Origin: an uncultured Deferribacteres bacterium
Lineage (GTDB): Bacteria > Zhuqueibacterota > Zhuqueibacteria > Zhuqueibacterales > Geothermadaptataceae
Direction: 5' to 3'
Assembly: GCA_964014485.1 (NCBI GenBank)
Contig: CAXHAT010000130.1
Location: forward strand, 1 to 23,344
Length of the DNA: 23,344 nt
Shown one piece after another: positions 17,645 to 23,344 of the stretch (position 1 is its first letter; each line of letters opens with the position of its first letter). The translations under genes were made by a program, and so were the position numbers. Under the pieces are notes generated by a model, which was not told the DNA's origin, ran no database searches, and was given only the letters and a program-made list of their open reading frames with translations.

Positions 17645-19702
17645 ATGAAAGTAAAAGCTATCAAGTTGTCGTCGTTGTTGATCACGTTCATGATGTTTGT
17701 TAACGGCTTTGCCCAAATCAAGCCGCCTTTTGCCGAGATGGACGTATTTCAACTGGAGCATGCTTCCGATCCGCAAATTTCGCCGGACGGCAGGCGGATT
17801 GTTTACGTTCGAAACTCAATGAACATTATGAAAGACCGTAAGGCGCCGAGCCTGTGGATCATCAACGCGGACGGCTCGGATCATCGAAAATTGACCTCAA
17901 ACGACGGGCGCGAGTCGTCGCCGCGCTGGTCGCCGGACGGGCAGAGAGTTGCCTATGTTGCTGCGACGGACGAAGGATCGCAAGTCTTTGTGCGCTGGAT
18001 GGACACAGGCCAATCGGCGCAAGTCGGGCAGTTATCAGAATCGCCCCGCCATTTAACGTGGTCGCCGGACGGCAAATGGATCGCATTTTCGATGTTGGTG
18101 GAAGAGGCTGAACCCAGTCTGGTGAAAGCGCCGAAAAAACCAAAGGGGGCCGAATGGGCGGAAGCGCCGCGCGTGATCACGAGAGTGCGGCATGAAGCCG
18201 ACGGCGCGGGTTATTTGAAGCCGGGATATAATCATTTGTTCGTTATGCCGTCGGAAGGCGGCACGCCCAGGCAAGTGACGAGCGGATCATTTCATCACAG
18301 TGGCGCACCGGCTTGGACTCCCGATGCGAAGACGCTCATTTTCTCCGCCAATCGTAATCCGAACTGGGAGTATGAGTTCAGGAATTCTGAAATTTATTCG
18401 GTCTCGCTCGAAGACGGCTCGTTTCAAGCGCTGACGGATCGCGACGGCCCGGATCACAGCCCGGCAGTTTCGCCGGACGGCAAGCAAATCGCCTGGCTCA
18501 GTTACGAAGACAAGGTTCAGACCTACCAGGTCACGCAACTTCATCTCATGAACCGGGACGGCGGCAGCAAGCGCGTGCTTGCGGGCGAGCTTGACCGCTC
18601 GGTTTCCAACCCGGAGTGGGGCAGTGACGGGAAGGGCGTTTACTTTAGTTATGATGATCAAGGGAATTCGAAAGTTGCTTATGCAGCGACAAGCGGCAAT
18701 ACAAAGATTCTTGCTGAAAGCTTGGGCGGAACTTCATTGGGACGGCCATACGGCGGCGGTTCATTTTCAGTCTCTACTGCTGGAGATATTGCCTATACGC
18801 ACGGCAGGCCTGAATACCCGGCGGATATTGCTGTTTTGGAGGAGAGCAAAAGTGACGTCAATCTCATCACCAAGCTTAACACTGACGTGCTGAGCCATCG
18901 CGAGCTTGGCGAAGTTGAAGAAATTTGGTGGGAGTCTTCTCACGACCAGCGCAAAATTCACGGCTGGATCGTCAAACCGCCCGGCTTTGATCCAAGCAAG
19001 AAATATCCGCTCATTTTAGAAATTCACGGCGGCCCGATCTCGAACTACGGCGACAGATTCTCCGCTGAAGTGCAACTCTACGCCTCCGCAGGATACGTGG
19101 TGCTTTACGCCAATCCGCGCGGCAGTACCAGCTACGGCGAAGAGTTCGGCAACCTCCTTTACCACGACTATCCCGGCAACGACTACGACGATCTCATTTC
19201 GGGCGTAGACGCGGTGATTGCCAAAGGATACGTTGACGAGAAGAATCTATTCGTCACTGGCGGCAGTGCGGGCGGCATTATGACGGCGTGGATTGTGGGC
19301 AAAACGAATCGTTTCAGAGCGGCGGTGGTCGCCAAGCCGGTGATGAACTGGTACAGCAAGGTGCTGGTCGCCGATAATTACTACGCTTATTTCAATTATC
19401 GCTATCCCGGCCAGCCTTGGGAAAATCCAGAAATCTACATGAAATATTCACCGATTTCGCTGGTTGGCAACGTGGAAACGCCGACGATGGTGCTCGTTGG
19501 CACAGCCGACTTGCGTACGCCGCTTTCTGAAGCCAAGCAAATGTATCACGCACTGAAACTGCGAAAAATTGATACGGCGCTCGTTCAAATTCCAGGAGCG
19601 TATCATAACATTGTTGCTCGCCCCAGCCAACTCATCGCCAAAGTCGCTCATGTTTTGGCCTGGTTTGAAAAATACCGTGAGCAAGGCGAGTACTCAAATT
19701 AA
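17645..19702 (+). CDS. S9 family peptidase (acylaminoacyl/dipeptidyl aminopeptidase-like), exported
   Basis: Signal peptide. PD40-like SPDG repeats, IHGGP, NPRGSTSYG, GGSAGG nucleophile, DLRTP Asp and GAYH His. GGAGA RBS. Confidence 0.95.
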   Translation: MKVKAIKLSSLLITFMMFVNGFAQIKPPFAEMDVFQLEHASDPQISPDGRRIVYVRNSMNIMKDRKAPSLWIINADGSDHRKLTSNDGRESSPRWSPDGQRVAYVAATDEGSQVFVRWMDTGQSAQVGQLSESPRHLTWSPDGKWIAFSMLVEEAEPSLVKAPKKPKGAEWAEAPRVITRVRHEADGAGYLKPGYNHLFVMPSEGGTPRQVTSGSFHHSGAPAWTPDAKTLIFSANRNPNWEYEFRNSEIYSVSLEDGSFQALTDRDGPDHSPAVSPDGKQIAWLSYEDKVQTYQVTQLHLMNRDGGSKRVLAGELDRSVSNPEWGSDGKGVYFSYDDQGNSKVAYAATSGNTKILAESLGGTSLGRPYGGGSFSVSTAGDIAYTHGRPEYPADIAVLEESKSDVNLITKLNTDVLSHRELGEVEEIWWESSHDQRKIHGWIVKPPGFDPSKKYPLILEIHGGPISNYGDRFSAEVQLYASAGYVVLYANPRGSTSYGEEFGNLLYHDYPGNDYDDLISGVDAVIAKGYVDEKNLFVTGGSAGGIMTAWIVGKTNRFRAAVVAKPVMNWYSKVLVADNYYAYFNYRYPGQPWENPEIYMKYSPISLVGNVETPTMVLVGTADLRTPLSEAKQMYHALKLRKIDTALVQIPGAYHNIVARPSQLIAKVAHVLAWFEKYREQGEYSN

Positions 19703-19764
19703 TACAATACTTGTGAATTCTTGAAAAAACGTTAGATTCAATCAAATAAAGCAAGGAATTCGGA

Positions 19765-20052
19765 TTGCGCGAAAATATCCGGGATAAACACGGTGATATT
19801 GTTTATCTGACCGATGAACGGTGGATGCATATTGTAGAACATCATCCGGAATTGGAAGATCATCGCGCTAACGTTATCAAAACAATTCGTTCGGGTAAAC
19901 GCACACAAGATCCCTTACTCCCGGACAAATTCTATTATAACAAACGCTTCCCGTTGCTTTTAGACGGATATGGTGAGATCGAGGTCGTCGTTCTCTTTAG
20001 ATGGCAATCGGGGAAACCGAATAATTTTGTTGTCACGGCTTATCCGGTATAA
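19765..20052 (+). CDS. Small protein, putative RelE/BrnT/DUF4258-like RNase toxin
   Basis: 95 aa, AAGGA RBS with TTG start. LTDERWMHIVEHHPEL and C-terminal FVVTAY pattern. Lies directly upstream of a DUF2283-like gene. Confidence 0.65.
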   Translation: MRENIRDKHGDIVYLTDERWMHIVEHHPELEDHRANVIKTIRSGKRTQDPLLPDKFYYNKRFPLLLDGYGEIEVVVLFRWQSGKPNNFVVTAYPV

Positions 20053-20072
20053 TAAAAACCGAGGTGTAGAAA

Positions 20073-20420
20073 ATGCGGCTCTCTTATGATGAAGAAGGGG
20101 ATGTTTTGGAAGTCGTTTTTGATGAGCAGGCGATGAACGCACGGAAAAAGGCCCTTCGCCTTCGTCAAGGCGTCGTGCTATACGTTTCGGCGGACACGCT
20201 CAAGCCTGTTCAATTTACGTTGGTAAGCTATCGCGCACTGTCCGCGTTCCCGGTTATCGACTTTGACGGCTGGCGGAAACTCGCAGAATCGGACAAAAAA
20301 GAATTGCTGCCGATACTCGCATCGCCCTCCGTCTCGGCTTTCCTGAAACTCGATCCCGACAGCGGAAACGGTCATCTAGCAAGCCCGGATATGCTGAAGA
20401 TTCTGCCTGCCGCTGCGTGA
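20073..20420 (+). CDS. DUF2283-like protein, putative antitoxin
   Basis: N-terminal MRLSYDEEGDVLEVVF matches the YDxExDxLxI pattern of DUF2283. GAGGT RBS. Confidence 0.7.
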   Translation: MRLSYDEEGDVLEVVFDEQAMNARKKALRLRQGVVLYVSADTLKPVQFTLVSYRALSAFPVIDFDGWRKLAESDKKELLPILASPSVSAFLKLDPDSGNGHLASPDMLKILPAAA

Positions 20421-20450
20421 TAGTTCGGACTTAATTTGATTCCCAAGCCT

Positions 20451-22337
20451 ATGGCTCCCGATTCAACCTGGCAAAAAATATTGACTGACTTCGTTGGCGG
20501 TTCGGTTGCTGGAACCGTCGTAACGATTGTCGTTGCGCTGATGGCGGTGATTGGCGGGTTGCGTGTGATTGCCGCGCTGCTGGCTGCCGTCAAGCCGTGG
20601 TGGGACGCTTTTCGCGACAACCGTTCTCTGCGCAAGCGTCTTGGGGCGACGCTTTATACCCCGGCGGACATTTACCGCGCCACGCGCTATTACATTCCTC
20701 CCAAATGCCAGAACAACATCGACCCAGCCTTTGGCGTGGAGCCGGGGCAGGAAGGCGGCACGCGCGAGGACTTGTTCGAAGCGATGGATCGCCTGCTTGA
20801 TCAGCGCACCGACCATAAATACATCGCCTTGCTCGCCGATTCCGGCATGGGTAAGTCCGCTTTTGTGCTCAACTACTACGCGCGCTATCTCAAACGCCGA
20901 AAACCCTGGCGTCTGGAAGTCATTCCCCTCGGTCTGAAAGGCTCAGACGAGCGCATCGCCGCCGTGGAAGACAAACCGGGAAAAGTGCTGTTTCTCGACG
21001 CGCTGGATGAAGACGTGCTCGCCATCGTCGACCATGCTCAGCGCATGCGTGATCTCTGTGACATGACGCAGGAATTCCAGAAAGTGTTGATCACCTGCCG
21101 TACGCAGTTTTTTCCCACAGCGGAAGAAGAGCCGGGACAAACCGGCGTACTTAAACTCGCCCCAACAAAGGGCGGCGAAGCGAGCGAATATTTTTTCCAC
21201 AAACTTTATCTTTCGCCCTTCGACGACAAGCAAGTCGACGCATTTCTGCGCAAGCGTTACCCGCTGATGCAACGCAAAAAACGCGCACTTGCCCGCCGCA
21301 TTGTTGATAAAATTCCTCGGCTCTCCGCCCGCCCCATGCTCCTGAGTTATATCGAAGATCTGCTCGACGAGCGGAAGACCTACGACCATTCCTTCCAACT
21401 TTACGAAAAAATGATCATGGCCTGGCTGGAGCGCGAGCGCGGCAAGGTGGAGGGAGTCGATCCCGAAACCCTGCGTGATTTCTGTGAGGTTTTGGCGCTG
21501 GAAATGTATCGCAGACGGGAAGAATTCGGCGGCGAGCGCGTGCCGCTGGAAGAGATCGACCGAATCGCGCAGGACTTCGGTTTTGAGATTGAATCCTGGC
21601 AGCTCACCGGCCGCTCCTTGCTCAACCGCGACGCCAAAGATCGCTTCAAATTCGCCCACCGCTCGATAATGGAATATTTGTTCGTGAAAAAGTTCCTGGC
21701 TCTGCCCACAAAGCAGCGCTTTGACGATGAATGGACCGACCAGATGGAAGCCTATTTTCGTGAAATGCTTGACGAGCGCGTTAAAACGACCGGATTAAAT
21801 TTTGAGCTACCGTTAAATCTAAAAAACCTCCGAAATGTTATATTCAACGCCGCTTGGTTGCGTCATACACGGGCAGAGCTTTTGGAAGAACATGTTGAAA
21901 AAATGATCCAGGAAAAGGATTTTTTCGATCGCGATTTGAACCCCAATGGACATGGTTGTACACACTACTTTATCAGCAGAAGACTTAGATCAAATACAAT
22001 CATATTCGATCTAGCAATTGGACGAATGTGGCAGAAGTCCGGGTCAGATGACAGGATGTCCTATTTCGATGCTGAAATTTATATATATGAGCTTAATCGT
22101 ACGCGTTTTGCCGGTTTCGATGATTGGCGTTTTCCGACATTAGAAGAAGCACAGTCACTGGTAATGTCTCAAGAAAATAAAAACGGTTTACATATTGACA
22201 CGGTTTTCGATAAAAAACATTTCTGGATTTGGACACAAGGTATGGGTTCTTCAGAGATTTGGACCGTCAACTTTTTCCATGGCCGATGTTATTGGCAGCA
22301 CTCTGCCGCTACTTTTTATGTGCGTGCTGTTCGTTGA
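20451..22337 (+). CDS. Membrane-anchored NACHT-like (STAND) NTPase with C-terminal DUF1566 (Lcl C-terminal) domain
   Basis: N-terminal hydrophobic segment. Walker A ADSGMGKS, Walker B LFLDALDE, ITCR, RPMLL, FKFAHRSIMEY. C-terminus D..IGRMWQK, FAGFDDWRFPTLEE, IWT, WTVNF..G, YVRAVR. ATG at 20451 is preferred over TTG at 20436. Confidence 0.85.
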   Translation: MAPDSTWQKILTDFVGGSVAGTVVTIVVALMAVIGGLRVIAALLAAVKPWWDAFRDNRSLRKRLGATLYTPADIYRATRYYIPPKCQNNIDPAFGVEPGQEGGTREDLFEAMDRLLDQRTDHKYIALLADSGMGKSAFVLNYYARYLKRRKPWRLEVIPLGLKGSDERIAAVEDKPGKVLFLDALDEDVLAIVDHAQRMRDLCDMTQEFQKVLITCRTQFFPTAEEEPGQTGVLKLAPTKGGEASEYFFHKLYLSPFDDKQVDAFLRKRYPLMQRKKRALARRIVDKIPRLSARPMLLSYIEDLLDERKTYDHSFQLYEKMIMAWLERERGKVEGVDPETLRDFCEVLALEMYRRREEFGGERVPLEEIDRIAQDFGFEIESWQLTGRSLLNRDAKDRFKFAHRSIMEYLFVKKFLALPTKQRFDDEWTDQMEAYFREMLDERVKTTGLNFELPLNLKNLRNVIFNAAWLRHTRAELLEEHVEKMIQEKDFFDRDLNPNGHGCTHYFISRRLRSNTIIFDLAIGRMWQKSGSDDRMSYFDAEIYIYELNRTRFAGFDDWRFPTLEEAQSLVMSQENKNGLHIDTVFDKKHFWIWTQGMGSSEIWTVNFFHGRCYWQHSAATFYVRAVR

Positions 22338-22573
22338 TGAGAGTTTTCGGTGTATAAATTATTAGGCTCGGGTTGTTTACGTTTTAGACTGATTCCATGA
22401 ACACAAAATTCGTCATCATGTTTTCTTCTGATTATCAGCAACTTGCCGCAAACGCAGGTATGAAACGTGAGATTTGCCGTCTCCGGCGCGCTCTTTCGCT
22501 CACCGAGACGAGCCGTTTTTAAAAGGCGCAAAATGCAAGCGCGCGACTGCATCCGGAACATCACGAAAATCTC

Positions 22574-23344
22574 ATGCGAAAATACCTTTCGCTCTGCCTG
22601 ATTCTCGCGGCGAGCGTTCTTCTCTCTTTTGACGCCCAACCGGCGTCGGCCTACATCGGCCCCGGCGCGGGGTTCGCGTTTTTGACCTCCTTTCTCATGC
22701 TGTTCGCCAGTTTTTTCATGGCGTTCTTTACGCTCATGACCTGGCCGATCCGCGTTCTGTTTCGTTTTTTTAAAAGCCGGAAAGCGTTGGCGAACGCGCA
22801 AACCGAGCGCGTCGTCGTGCTCGGCCTCGACGGTCTGGAACCGACCATCGCCGAGCCGTTGATGAAAGCAGGCAAATTGCCGAACCTGCAAAAACTCGCC
22901 GAGCAGGGTCAATACTCGCATTTACAAACCACGTATCCCGCGCTCTCGCCCGTCGCCTGGTCGTCGTTCGCAACCGGCTCCAATCCGGGCAAACACAGCA
23001 TCTTCGATTTTCTTTCGCGCGATAAGGCAAGCTATCTGCCGGAATTGTCGTCGTCCAAAGTCGGCGGCGCGAGCCGGACGTTGAAATTGGGCAAATTTCA
23101 GATTCCGCTGGGCAAGCCGGTCGTCAAATTCCTGCGCCGCAGCAAAAGCTTCTGGACGATTTTAGGCGAGCACGGCATTTTCAGTCACGTGCTGCGCGTA
23201 CCGATCACATTTCCGCCGGAAAAATTCAACGGCGCATTGCTCTCCGCCATGTGCGCGCCTGATCTTTGGGGCACGCAGGGAACGTTTTCTTATTTTACCT
23301 CCGACGCCTCCGTCGATCCGCTCAAGGTGGGCGGCGAGACTTCG
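22574..23344 (+). CDS. Alkaline phosphatase superfamily / nucleotide pyrophosphatase-phosphodiesterase, 5' part (runs off the window)
   Basis: Not in the ORF track because it has no stop in the window. Translated by hand: MRKYLSLCLILAASVLLSFDAQPASAYIGPGAGFAF...RVVVLGLDGL...LPNL...TTYPALSPVAWSSFATGSNPGKHSIFDF. Open for 257 codons. Confidence 0.9.
   Translation, partial: MRKYLSLCLILAASVLLSFDAQPASAYIGPGAGFAFLTSFLMLFASFFMAFFTLMTWPIRVLFRFFKSRKALANAQTERVVVLGLDGLEPTIAEPLMKAGKLPNLQKLAEQGQYSHLQTTYPALSPVAWSSFATGSNPGKHSIFDFLSRDKASYLPELSSSKVGGASRTLKLGKFQIPLGKPVVKFLRRSKSFWTILGEHGIFSHVLRVPITFPPEKFNGALLSAMCAPDLWGTQGTFSYFTSDASVDPLKVGGETS

Noticed and set aside
17779..18482. Repeated TCGCCGGACGG in the S9 peptidase gene
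   Set aside because: It encodes SPDG beta-propeller repeats, with irregular spacing, and is not a CRISPR or DNA-level repeat.
20943..21659. 238-aa minus-strand ORF and other overlapping ORFs in the track (e.g. 11332-11808, 14222-14692, 16727-17206)
   Set aside because: These are antisense or alternate-frame shadows of well-supported genes.
22478..22527. Imperfect hairpins (CGTCTCCGG...CCGAGACG) upstream of the phosphodiesterase gene
   Set aside because: I recognise no riboswitch or ncRNA consensus, and they lie about 140 nt from the DUF1566 stop, too far to be a convincing DGR hairpin.
22316..23030. Minus-strand ORFs 22316-22921, 22651-22875 and 22770-23030
   Set aside because: They overlap the clear plus-strand phosphodiesterase gene starting at 22574 and have no motifs.

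Overview
Gene-dense bacterial window, mostly about 50-60% GC in sampled lines. The gene mix (Hanks kinase-TM-TPR, planctomycete-type cytochrome DUF1549/DUF1553, many exported hydrolases) suggests a KSB1/Calditrichota-like or related organism; this is inference only. Contents in order: Fe/Mn superoxide dismutase, two convergent lipoprotein serine hydrolases, a membrane Ser/Thr kinase with TPRs, a coupled amidohydrolase pair, a low-GC membrane ORF, a DUF1549/DUF1553 cytochrome, a frameshifted kinase remnant, a minus-strand cluster (VOC protein, permuted papain-like amidase, PLP aminotransferase, OsmC-like protein), an exported ADP-ribosylglycohydrolase-family protein, an S9 peptidase, a probable toxin-antitoxin pair, a NACHT-like NTPase fused to DUF1566, and the start of an alkaline-phosphatase-superfamily gene. 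The main hidden feature is that two short ORFs at 12823-13290 form one OsmC-like gene. It has an in-frame TGA at the catalytic Cys position followed by a SECIS-like hairpin, so it is a probable selenoprotein. Also notable are a 131-bp palindromic MITE/REP-like element flanked by 11-bp direct repeats (with a partial relative at the window start) and a sharp GC break inside the NACHT-DUF1566 gene.
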